Below, piece after piece: positions 19,621-27,809 of a DNA stretch of 64,000 nucleotides (the first letter of the stretch is position 1; the number at the start of each line of letters is the position of its first letter). The DNA lies in assembly GCA_041666205.1 (NCBI GenBank), contig JBAYHI010000001.1:26894-90893 (forward strand), given 5' to 3'. A model generated the notes under the pieces. It ran no database searches. It had not been told where the DNA came from and saw only the letters and a program-made list of their open reading frames with translations. This DNA is from Patescibacteria group bacterium (lineage in GTDB: Bacteria; Patescibacteriota; Patescibacteriia; UBA9934). The translations under genes and the position numbers were made by a program.

Positions 19621-19953
19621 CTAGTTGGCCGGTCCCAAGAATTTTGCCTTGGTGCAATGACCGTCTGAGTCGTGGGCTTCGGCCACGATGTCAAGGTAAC
19701 CACCTTCATGCATCACATCACGTCCAGCGGGGTGGATAGTGAAGCGATCTTCCCCATCAATGCGTCTGGGTTGAGCACCGCAGACATCTATTCCGTTGAT
19801 CTGGTTGATGAGCGCCTGGGCCAAGACGTCAATAATCTGGTTGGCGAACTTGAGCTCGTCTTCGACCTGCTCCACCCTTTTACTGAAGGAGTAGATGATG
19901 ATGAGGCAGAGGATGCCGATGACAAGGGCGAATCCGGCGAGAAGGGTGTTCAT
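19621..19953 (-). CDS. GC-rich small membrane-anchored orphan, paralog B
   Basis: SD GGAGG; same layout as A; shared LA.AL.N and IVA...CT.A motifs. Confidence 0.75.
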   Translation of the reverse strand: MNTLLAGFALVIGILCLIIIYSFSKRVEQVEDELKFANQIIDVLAQALINQINGIDVCGAQPRRIDGEDRFTIHPAGRDVMHEGGYLDIVAEAHDSDGHCTKAKFLGPAN

Positions 19954-20042
19954 GGTAAGTCCTCCAATGCAGTGTGGGCGTCGATGATTCGACGGTCATT
20001 GAGATGACGAAAAAAGATACCAAGAAATCATTGCCGCGTCAA
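19954..20042 (-). promoter_or_regulatory. Promoter and structured leader of cassette B
   Basis: TTGACG 20042-20037, 17 bp, TATCTT 20019-20014; leader nearly identical to A. Confidence 0.7.
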
Positions 20043-20093
20043 TCGCGCAATCAAAAAACCACCAGCAATGTGCCGGTGGTTTTTATTTCGCGA

Positions 20094-22094
20094 TTAAAGC
20101 ACTGCAACGATGAGCGGGACGATGATCAAAGCGACGATATTCACGATTTTGATCATTGGGTTAATGGCTGGACCAGCTGTATCTTTGTAAGGATCGCCAA
20201 CGGTGTCGCCTGTTACTGCTGCTTGGTGAGCAGGCGAATGCTTACCACCGTAATTTCCTTTTTCAATGTATTTCTTGGCGTTATCCCATGCTCCACCGCC
20301 TGTGGTCATGGAGATTGCAAGGAAAAGACCGGTAACAATCGTTCCAATCAAGAGTCCACCAAGTGCGGCAGGCCCAAGTAAGAATCCAACGGCAATTGGC
20401 ACAACCACTGGCAAGAGCGCTGGCACAAACATCTCTTGGATTGCGGCTTTTGTCACAATGTCCACTGCTTTGCTGTAGTCTGGCTTTTCTTTTCCTTCCA
20501 TGATGCCTTTGATTTCGCGGAACTGACGTCGAACTTCTTCAACGACTTTTCCAGCTGCTTTGCCAACGGCTTCCATTGCGTATGAGGCAAAAAGGTAAGG
20601 AAGCAGTCCACCAATGAAGAGCCCGGCAATAATGTATGGGTCAGCAAGGTCGAATGCGACTTTTGCTCCGTGAAGCGCAAGTTCTTCGGTATAACTTGCA
20701 AACAAGACTGTAGCGGCGAGCCCAGCGGAGGCAATTGCATATCCTTTTGTGACGGCTTTGGTTGTATTTCCAACTGCGTCGAGTGGATCGGTCACTTCGC
20801 GTACTTCTTTTGAAAGTTCAGCCATTTCTGCAATTCCACCAGCGTTATCGGTAATTGGACCGTATGCGTCGAGCGTCACAATCATGCCTGTGAGCGAGAG
20901 CATTGCCATTACGGCCATTGCTGCGCCATAAATATCGGCAAGCATGTAGGAAGCAATAAGACCAGCAACAATCACAAGGACCGGAAGCACGGTTGCGCGC
21001 ATGGAAAGCGCGAGTCCTGAGATGACGTTTGTGCCATGGCCGGTTTGTGAGGCTTCAGCAACGCGCTGAACTGGCTTGTATTCGGTTGAGGTGTAGTATT
21101 CGGTAATCACAACCATCAGTGCAGTAACGGCAAGCCCAACAATCAAGGACCAGTAAATATTCATAGCGTTTACGCCTGCAATATCTCCCAAAATCCATTG
21201 TGTCATTGGATAAAATGCGATAGCGGAAATCACGCCAGCAACAATGACTCCTTTATAGAGCGCGCGCATAATCGCGCCAGTTTTTCCAACTTTCACAACC
21301 AAGCTTCCAACAATCGAGGCAATAATTCCAACCGCGCCGATTGCAAATGGGAACGTAATAATGGCTTCAATGTTTCCAAAGACCTGCGCACCAATAATCA
21401 TGGAGGCAATCATGGAAACTGCATATGTCTCAAAGAGGTCCGCTGCCATTCCAGCGCAATCCCCTACGTTATCGCCAACGTTGTCGGCAATGACGGCTGG
21501 GTTGCGTGGATCGTCTTCTGGAATTCCTGCTTCTACTTTTCCGACGAGGTCAGCACCAACGTCTGCGGCTTTTGTGAAGATTCCACCGCCGAGTCGTGCA
21601 AATACGGAAATGAGTGATCCTCCAAAACCAAGGCCAACAAGTGCGCCAACGTCTTTTGTGATGAGATAAAAGCCAACCACACCAATGAGCCCAAGCGTCA
21701 CGACGAATAATCCTGTAACGGATCCGCCACGCACGGCCAAATTAAGCGCAGGAGACAATCCTTTTTTGGCAGCTTCGGCTGTGCGCACATTTGCGCGAAC
21801 CGAAATCATCATGCCAATGAATCCGGTAAGCCCTGAGAGGATTGCTCCCACCAGGAACCCACAGGCCATGGTCCAGTTTAGGAAAAAGCCAAGAAGAAGG
21901 AAGATAACAGCGCCAACCATGCCAATGGCACGGTACTGACGCGAGAGGTAGGCGTTTGCTCCTTCTTGAATGGCCAGAGCAATACCTTTCATTTTTCCTT
22001 CCCCAGCGGGCTGGCGAAGAATCCAACGAATTAGAAGACCTGTATAGACAATCGCTGCGGCTGCAACGATGAGTGCAATGATGGAAATACTCAT
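20094..22094 (-). CDS. hppA: Membrane H+-translocating pyrophosphatase, K+-independent type
   Basis: [30 protein letters not shown]; GNTTKA (Lys) signature. Confidence 0.95.
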   Translation of the reverse strand: MSISIIALIVAAAAIVYTGLLIRWILRQPAGEGKMKGIALAIQEGANAYLSRQYRAIGMVGAVIFLLLGFFLNWTMACGFLVGAILSGLTGFIGMMISVRANVRTAEAAKKGLSPALNLAVRGGSVTGLFVVTLGLIGVVGFYLITKDVGALVGLGFGGSLISVFARLGGGIFTKAADVGADLVGKVEAGIPEDDPRNPAVIADNVGDNVGDCAGMAADLFETYAVSMIASMIIGAQVFGNIEAIITFPFAIGAVGIIASIVGSLVVKVGKTGAIMRALYKGVIVAGVISAIAFYPMTQWILGDIAGVNAMNIYWSLIVGLAVTALMVVITEYYTSTEYKPVQRVAEASQTGHGTNVISGLALSMRATVLPVLVIVAGLIASYMLADIYGAAMAVMAMLSLTGMIVTLDAYGPITDNAGGIAEMAELSKEVREVTDPLDAVGNTTKAVTKGYAIASAGLAATVLFASYTEELALHGAKVAFDLADPYIIAGLFIGGLLPYLFASYAMEAVGKAAGKVVEEVRRQFREIKGIMEGKEKPDYSKAVDIVTKAAIQEMFVPALLPVVVPIAVGFLLGPAALGGLLIGTIVTGLFLAISMTTGGGAWDNAKKYIEKGNYGGKHSPAHQAAVTGDTVGDPYKDTAGPAINPMIKIVNIVALIIVPLIVAVL

Positions 22095-22274
22095 AGGTTG
22101 TTAGAATTTGTGGGTATCATACGGAGGAAGCCTATGATTTGTCAATAAATACGGGCATAGGAGGATCCTCGGAAATTCGGAAAATTTCGTTTAAGAATTT
22201 TGCAAATATTCGCAAAATTTGTGTAAAAGTCCATTGACCTCAGGGGTCCAAAAATGGTAGAGTGCCTCGTACCT

Positions 22275-23600
22275 ATGGCAAATGATTTACGACAGTTTCT
22301 TAATTCATTCCTGCTACGGATCATTCGACTGCTTGTTCGCGTAAAACCAATCGTCCTTTGGACGCTTCGGAAAACTTTTCAGCCGTTCCGATTTCTCGGG
22401 CGGGTCTTTTTGTATCAGATTGTGGTTCCCTGCTATCGCATTGCGTTTTTTATTCGTCGCAATGTCCGACGTGTTGATCGTCCGGCAAAAAATCGCATGA
22501 TGTTTTTTGTCACAAATCGCCAGGCAATTCATGCGGTGCTCGCTTCCCTTGTCATTCTCATGGTTGTGCTAAACGTTACAACAGACTCTGTACGCGCCGA
22601 AACATTCGGGCAAACGAGTCTTTTGTATCAAATTGTAAGCGACGAGGGCACGGAATTAATTGAAGAATACGCAACCGAAGAAGATATCGGTCAGCTTGTG
22701 AATGTGCACTACCAGGATCAGAATGCCCTTTCGGCCTATGCTCGAGGCGTTGATACAACTGGATCTGCTGATTTGAGCGCACTCCTTGTTGGTGGTGGCT
22801 CGCTTGTTTCGGTGCCAATCTCGGAAGCGTCTGATTCTGTAGCGCCTCGCGATAGCGTTGAAACCTATACGGTACAATCGGGCGATACGCTTTCGATTAT
22901 TGCGGAAAAGTTTGGAATCACCTTGAATACACTGCTCTGGGCCAATAGCCTCACGGTTCGTTCTGTGATTCGCCCTGGTTCAACCTTGAAGATATTGCCA
23001 GTGACGGGTGTTTCCCATACGGTAAAAAGTGGCGATACACTTACAAGAATTGCCTCAAAATACAAAGCCGATGCCGCACAAATTCTTGCCTACAATAAAC
23101 TTGCAAGTGCCAATGATCTTACAGTTGGCGAAACACTCATTATTCCTGGTGGAGAAATCATCTACGTTGCTCCAGTTAAAACGACTCCAACCATCAGCCA
23201 AATTATCAGCCCATCCGGATCGTCAAACGCGGTTGCAACCGCTGCTGGCATGATTTGGCCGTCAGATCTTCATATTATTACGCAGTATTACAGCTGGGTT
23301 CACAATGGACTCGATGTTGATTGCGGGTATACAAACCAAAACTATGCGGCTGCCGATGGGATTGTGACAAAATCCGGGTGGTATTCCGGGTATGGATACT
23401 TGGTCGAAATCACGCACGACAATGGAATTGTAACGCGCTACGGGCACCATAAATCGCTTTTTGTGAGCGCTGGGCAATCTATTTCACAGGGCCAGCCTTT
23501 GGGCGTTTGCGGAACAACTGGGCGATCAACCGGTACTCACCTTCACTTCGAGGTTCGCGTAAATGGTGCCACAACAAATCCGCTCAGCTATATTCGCTAA
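22275..23600 (+). CDS. Membrane-anchored LysM x2 plus M23 peptidase
   Basis: YTVQSGDTL, HTVKSGDTL, HNGLD, HLHFE. Confidence 0.92.
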   Translation: MANDLRQFLNSFLLRIIRLLVRVKPIVLWTLRKTFQPFRFLGRVFLYQIVVPCYRIAFFIRRNVRRVDRPAKNRMMFFVTNRQAIHAVLASLVILMVVLNVTTDSVRAETFGQTSLLYQIVSDEGTELIEEYATEEDIGQLVNVHYQDQNALSAYARGVDTTGSADLSALLVGGGSLVSVPISEASDSVAPRDSVETYTVQSGDTLSIIAEKFGITLNTLLWANSLTVRSVIRPGSTLKILPVTGVSHTVKSGDTLTRIASKYKADAAQILAYNKLASANDLTVGETLIIPGGEIIYVAPVKTTPTISQIISPSGSSNAVATAAGMIWPSDLHIITQYYSWVHNGLDVDCGYTNQNYAAADGIVTKSGWYSGYGYLVEITHDNGIVTRYGHHKSLFVSAGQSISQGQPLGVCGTTGRSTGTHLHFEVRVNGATTNPLSYIR

Positions 23601-25133
23601 TTAGGACGCGCGGTTCACAATTGGCTTTGGATGATATTGAATTGCCTCACTCAAGTGGGGCAATTCTATTTTTGTGGCATGCGCAAGATCAGCGATTGTT
23701 CGTGCGACTTTGAGGATTCGCACATATGCTCGGCCTGATAGTTGCAGGCGCTCAATTGCGTCGCCAAGGAGTTTTTGCACGTCGGCCTCAAGAGCGCAGA
23801 ATTGTTTGAGATGTTGAGAGCGCAGTTCTGCATTGCTTTGGAGACCAATGGCTGCATAGCGCTCTTGTTGCAGTTTACGCGCTTCCAGAACGCGATTTCG
23901 AATGGATTCTGATGTTTCTCCGCCGTCCGTTGCACTCAATTTATCAAATGTGACGCGTCCCACATGAACCGATAAATCAAATCGATCCAAAATCGGCCCA
24001 GAGATTTTGCGTTCATAACCGCTTAATTGTTTTGGAGAACAGACGCAGGGCCGGATATTGCTTTCCTGTGAAAATCCGCACGGGCACGGATTCATTGCGG
24101 CAATAAGGGTAAACCGCGCTGGGAATTGAATCGTGCCCGATGCGCGCGAGATCGTTACAATGCCATCTTCGAGCGGTTGCCGAAGATTTTCAATGGAAAT
24201 ACGAGGAAATTCCGGGAACTCGTCTAAGAAAAGTACGCCATGGTGCGCGAGAGATGCTTCGCCAGGTCGTGGCCACGTGCCTCCACCAATGAGCGAGACA
24301 GACGATGCGCTATGGTGCGGGCTACGAAACGGACGCTGCGCATTCAAAATGAGCTCGTTTTGGGGAAACCCGCACAGGGAATGAATTTTCATCACATCGA
24401 GCATTTCGTCTTGCGTGAGTGGCGGAAGAATCGATGGGAGCGAACGCGCAAGCATCGTTTTGCCCGATCCAGGAGGCCCAACCATGAGGAGATTATGGCC
24501 GCCCGCTGCCGCGATTTCGAGCGCACGTTTGGTATATTCCTGACCTTTTACCCAACTTAGGTCGTTTTGAATGAGTTCCGGGCCCACAAATTTTTCGCGT
24601 ACGTGAATGGGCATCGCATCCATCCCATTCAGAGCTAAAACGAGTTGACTGAGCGTTTCAATTGGGTGGACCAGAATATTGTCGACAAGCGACGCTTCGT
24701 TTGCATTTGCTGGCGCAAGAATAATCCCCCGAGCCCCGCTTTGTTTTACAAGAAGTGCCCCGAGCAAAGATCCATTAATAGGGCGAAGGGAGCCGTCGAG
24801 CGCTAGTTCTGCGCAGAAGATGTAATTTCTGCAGGCGTCTTCGGAGATTTCACCCGTTTTTGCAAGAATCGCAAGCGCAATGGGCAAATCATAGGCTGGA
24901 CCTTGTTTCTTAATGTCTGCTGGCGCTAAATTCACCGTAATTCTTGTGCGTGGAAAATGAAATCCGCTATTTCGAATGGCAGCGCGTACACGTTCGCGTG
25001 ACTCGGAAACCGCGGTATCGGGAAGCCCTACAATTGAGAAACTCGGGAGCCCTGGTGAAATATCACATTCAACATCGACTGGAATTGCGTCCACGCCAAG
25101 ATGTGTGAATGATCGAATAAAAGAAAATCCCAT
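23601..25133 (-). CDS. comM: YifB/ComM family Mg-chelatase-like AAA+ ATPase
   Basis: IVGLPD, VNLAPAD, GPPGSGKT, FRSPHHS, LDEFPEF, MNPCPCG. Confidence 0.93.
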   Translation of the reverse strand: MGFSFIRSFTHLGVDAIPVDVECDISPGLPSFSIVGLPDTAVSESRERVRAAIRNSGFHFPRTRITVNLAPADIKKQGPAYDLPIALAILAKTGEISEDACRNYIFCAELALDGSLRPINGSLLGALLVKQSGARGIILAPANANEASLVDNILVHPIETLSQLVLALNGMDAMPIHVREKFVGPELIQNDLSWVKGQEYTKRALEIAAAGGHNLLMVGPPGSGKTMLARSLPSILPPLTQDEMLDVMKIHSLCGFPQNELILNAQRPFRSPHHSASSVSLIGGGTWPRPGEASLAHHGVLFLDEFPEFPRISIENLRQPLEDGIVTISRASGTIQFPARFTLIAAMNPCPCGFSQESNIRPCVCSPKQLSGYERKISGPILDRFDLSVHVGRVTFDKLSATDGGETSESIRNRVLEARKLQQERYAAIGLQSNAELRSQHLKQFCALEADVQKLLGDAIERLQLSGRAYVRILKVARTIADLAHATKIELPHLSEAIQYHPKPIVNRAS

Positions 25134-25163
25134 AGCAAAAATGCTTGGGGAGGTTTTCAAAAA

Positions 25164-25601
25164 TTAATTTTTCTGTCCGTTTTTTCTAGCGTACCACAGG
25201 AAGCAAAAAATTCCAGTAACAATGAGGATATCTGAAAGATTGATGGCAGATCGATGGAAAAACACGAGGTAATCTGTAACGTAGCCATTAAGAATTCGAT
25301 CAACAAGATTCCCAATTGCGCCGAGTTCAATACAAATAATGGCATTTGTGATCTCGTGCGCAGGTTTTTTGATTGTAAGATAGACAATGAGTCCCACGAT
25401 GATTACGAAACTCATGAGAATGCTCACGGTTGACGCGATAGGCAGACTAAAAATAATGCCGAAATTTTTATAAAGTGAGATCTCAAACAGCGAAAAATGA
25501 CTTCCAGAAATTTCTGGAAGCCATTGATTTGCTAGGTATTTTGCAGCTCCGTCAATAAGAGCAAGTGCAGCTGCGATATAAACTGGAGCGAATCGGCGCA
25601 T
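25164..25601 (-). CDS. lspA: Signal peptidase II
   Basis: NFGIIFS, GAIGNLVDR, GYVTDY, NLSD; start trimmed to MRRFAP. Confidence 0.88.
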   Translation of the reverse strand: MRRFAPVYIAAALALIDGAAKYLANQWLPEISGSHFSLFEISLYKNFGIIFSLPIASTVSILMSFVIIVGLIVYLTIKKPAHEITNAIICIELGAIGNLVDRILNGYVTDYLVFFHRSAINLSDILIVTGIFCFLWYARKNGQKN

Positions 25602-25602
25602 G

Positions 25603-25974
25603 TTACATTTCCTGAGTGAGCGTTTTCTTGCAAGCAACGCACGAGGTAGATGTTGGACGTGCGCGCAAACGATCTTCCGTGATTTCGGCTTTGCAATATT
25701 TGCACATGCCGTAATGCTTGTCGGAAATGCGCTTAAGGGCTGTTTTAACATCGCGGAGTTCGCGTTCAAGTGCGTGCTCGAGTGACAAATTGTCGGTGTA
25801 GGTCGCAACTTCCGAGGCATTTTCATCGTCGCTATCGCCATAATCTGGAAAATCAGACGAATAGTCACCCGGCATATTTGGCGTGCGATGCGTAAAAGCG
25901 CCAAGTTCGCGTTCAAGTTTTTCTTGTTCCGCAATCAATACGCCTTTCATTTCTTCAATAAATTGTTCATTCAT
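25603..25974 (-). CDS. DksA/TraR family C4 zinc-finger protein
   Basis: ALKRI...YGMCKYC..I.EDRL.ARP....CVAC. Confidence 0.9.
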   Translation of the reverse strand: MNEQFIEEMKGVLIAEQEKLERELGAFTHRTPNMPGDYSSDFPDYGDSDDENASEVATYTDNLSLEHALERELRDVKTALKRISDKHYGMCKYCKAEITEDRLRARPTSTSCVACKKTLTQEM

Positions 25975-26031
25975 ACAAATATTCAATGCGCATATGATAG
26001 CGGAATTTTCAAATATAAGCAAGTTCTTTCT

Positions 26032-26490
26032 GGAAAAGAAAAGGCCCTACGCTTAAGGCGCAGAGCGAGGTGGACAGGACGGGCGCGCAGGGTGCGCGAG
26101 GATAGAAAGGAAAAAAGGACAGAAAAGGACTGAGGTAATAGAGCACGGCGGCCAAGCTTGATGAATTAATTCATCTTGGCGCGGTGCGCACGGTGGCCCA
26201 GGGAAACCGTCACTGGGCACTGGGTTCTGAAGGCGATTGATCGTCTTTAGAACTCAGTACCCAACAAGGTCTGCAACCCAGAACCTAATAATGACAACCT
26301 TCTCTACCGGATCTTGGCTTTTGCGACGGCAAGCATTTTGTCGCAGTTGCCGGTGTTCTTATTTTATTCCCCTAAGAACAAGATGCAGTATAGAAGTGAG
26401 ATGTACCCCGAAGAGTGGGCTTCGGGGAACTTCCCCCGTGTCTTGTCCGACCGATGGCCGGACGTACGGGTTTTTGAAAGAACGACTTTG
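26032..26490 (-). ncRNA. Putative ~460-nt structured non-coding RNA of unknown family
   Basis: Own promoter, boxA-like motif, at least 7 stem-loops, no minus-strand ATG ORF over 10 codons, terminal hairpin plus U-tract; strand not fully certain. Confidence 0.6.
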
Positions 26491-26526
26491 TACTTATATT
26501 TTAGTTTGATGAACAACTAATGTCAA
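26471..26526 (-). promoter_or_regulatory. sigma70 promoter and boxA-like motif
   Basis: TTGACA 26526-26521, 17 bp, TAAAAT 26503-26498; GTTCTTTCAAAAA 26483-26471. Confidence 0.72.
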
Positions 26527-26600
26527 CAAATGAATTATGGCTTAAGTTGCAAAAAATATCAGGGCTGTGCACAAAAGTTATGTTTTTCTGAAATAAAAAC

Positions 26601-26640
26601 TGTGGATAACTATGGGATAAGTCATAGTTTATCCACAGGT
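26601..26640. promoter_or_regulatory. DnaA-box cluster distant from oriC
   Basis: Perfect TGTGGATAA 26601-26609 and TTATCCACA 26629-26637 with a degenerate box between. Confidence 0.75.
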
Positions 26641-26641
26641 T

Positions 26642-27808
26642 TTACCAGTAGAGCACAATACAATTCTTTTTGATTATGATTTTATTGAATGCATTCCAAA
26701 GCCCGTTTGATGCACGAAGTAATTCAATGCGATCGCCTTTTGCAATGAAAGAATCGACAAATTCCTCGGGCTGGAGGATAAAAGAACGATTGGTTCCAAG
26801 GAGTTTTTCTATGATTTTTTTCTTATATGCTGGCATTTCTGCACTATTTGAGATCGTGACGCCGAGTGCGTCTTCATGAATGATTCCGAGAATATCATTT
26901 GGATTTGTGATTGTCGTATCGTTTGTCTCCGGGTCATTTGTGAATTCAATCGCACCTGAATCGAGTGAAGTTGTAATTGTTTGAATAATAGAACCATCTT
27001 CTAGAGTCAACGCTGTGGTAGACAAAACATTCTTTCCAAAGAACTCCTTTGAAAGCTCAGCTAGCTGTTCTTGAGATAGATCGGTATTGAAAAGAATCGA
27101 CAGGGCTCCAATAGATTGAATAGTCGTCGTCCCGTCTACGCTAAGCACGCTGTTGCTAGATACGGATTCATCAAAAAACGGCAGATAGGCAATTGGTTGT
27201 GTTTCAAAATCCGCTGTAGCCTTTATCCCGGCCCTGATTCCGGTCACCAGAATCTTATTTTGAGTCACTCGAATCATCCCGCGCAATTTTTTATCGCTGT
27301 TGGAGCGCCATATACCTGTATTCCACGGCATTGGAAGAGAAATATGGAGTTTGTCCTTCTGAATTGACGCAGAGTTCTTTGTTAGAACGGATTTTTGATT
27401 TATGACAACGCAGGTGTAGCCATGGAGCGTTGATTCTTGAAAATGCGAACAGACATCACGATCAATTATGAGCGAGGTCGCGTTATTCGTGGCAAAATTG
27501 ACGCTGATTTCATCTTTTGCGAGTTGCAATGTTTCACTCCATGTCCATGGAGCATCCTGAAATACGGGCTGATTGCCTCCTTCCGCGAGGAGCACCCTTT
27601 GCAATCTAGGGGTTTTAAAGATCCGAATTGAATAGTCGCTCGAAGTATCAGAGATTCGCGCAGTGCTGCCAGCTAGTGTGTAGCCCCAAAAGGCGATGAA
27701 TGCGGAGAAAAGCGCAATCGAAATCAAAGGCAATATCCAAACAACCCGCCAAGATGATCGGCGGGTTGATGGAGATGTATTAATTGGAATATTTAGCTGA
27801 CCGTCCAT
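26642..27808 (-). CDS. Hypothetical protein with N-terminal membrane anchor
   Basis: 388-aa ORF immediately after pnp, single TM helix. Confidence 0.7.
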   Translation of the reverse strand: MDGQLNIPINTSPSTRRSSWRVVWILPLISIALFSAFIAFWGYTLAGSTARISDTSSDYSIRIFKTPRLQRVLLAEGGNQPVFQDAPWTWSETLQLAKDEISVNFATNNATSLIIDRDVCSHFQESTLHGYTCVVINQKSVLTKNSASIQKDKLHISLPMPWNTGIWRSNSDKKLRGMIRVTQNKILVTGIRAGIKATADFETQPIAYLPFFDESVSSNSVLSVDGTTTIQSIGALSILFNTDLSQEQLAELSKEFFGKNVLSTTALTLEDGSIIQTITTSLDSGAIEFTNDPETNDTTITNPNDILGIIHEDALGVTISNSAEMPAYKKKIIEKLLGTNRSFILQPEEFVDSFIAKGDRIELLRASNGLWNAFNKIIIKKNCIVLYW

Positions 27809-27809
27809 G

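Noticed and set aside
25602-25934. Long N-terminal extension of lspA in the ORF track
   Set aside because: Overlaps the dksA-like gene in another frame; LspA similarity begins at 25601. Similar over-extended starts were trimmed for iscS, xth, polA, SLT and the methyltransferase.
26190-26220. H-type pseudoknot (ACGGT/ACCGT crossing GCCCAG/CTGGGC)
   Set aside because: Connecting loops of 1-2 nt look too short; more likely alternative pairings.
26032-26490. RNase P RNA, tmRNA, SRP or 6S assignment
   Set aside because: GGGGAAGTTCC resembles RNase P CR-I but no matching CR-V was found; no tRNA-like ends or tag ORF; no SRP loop; too long and multibranched for 6S. A divergent version cannot be excluded without a covariance search.
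26237-26520. Plus-strand ORFs 26237-26509 and 26314-26520
   Set aside because: TTG starts without plausible signals, no recognisable protein, and opposite to a clear promoter-terminator unit.
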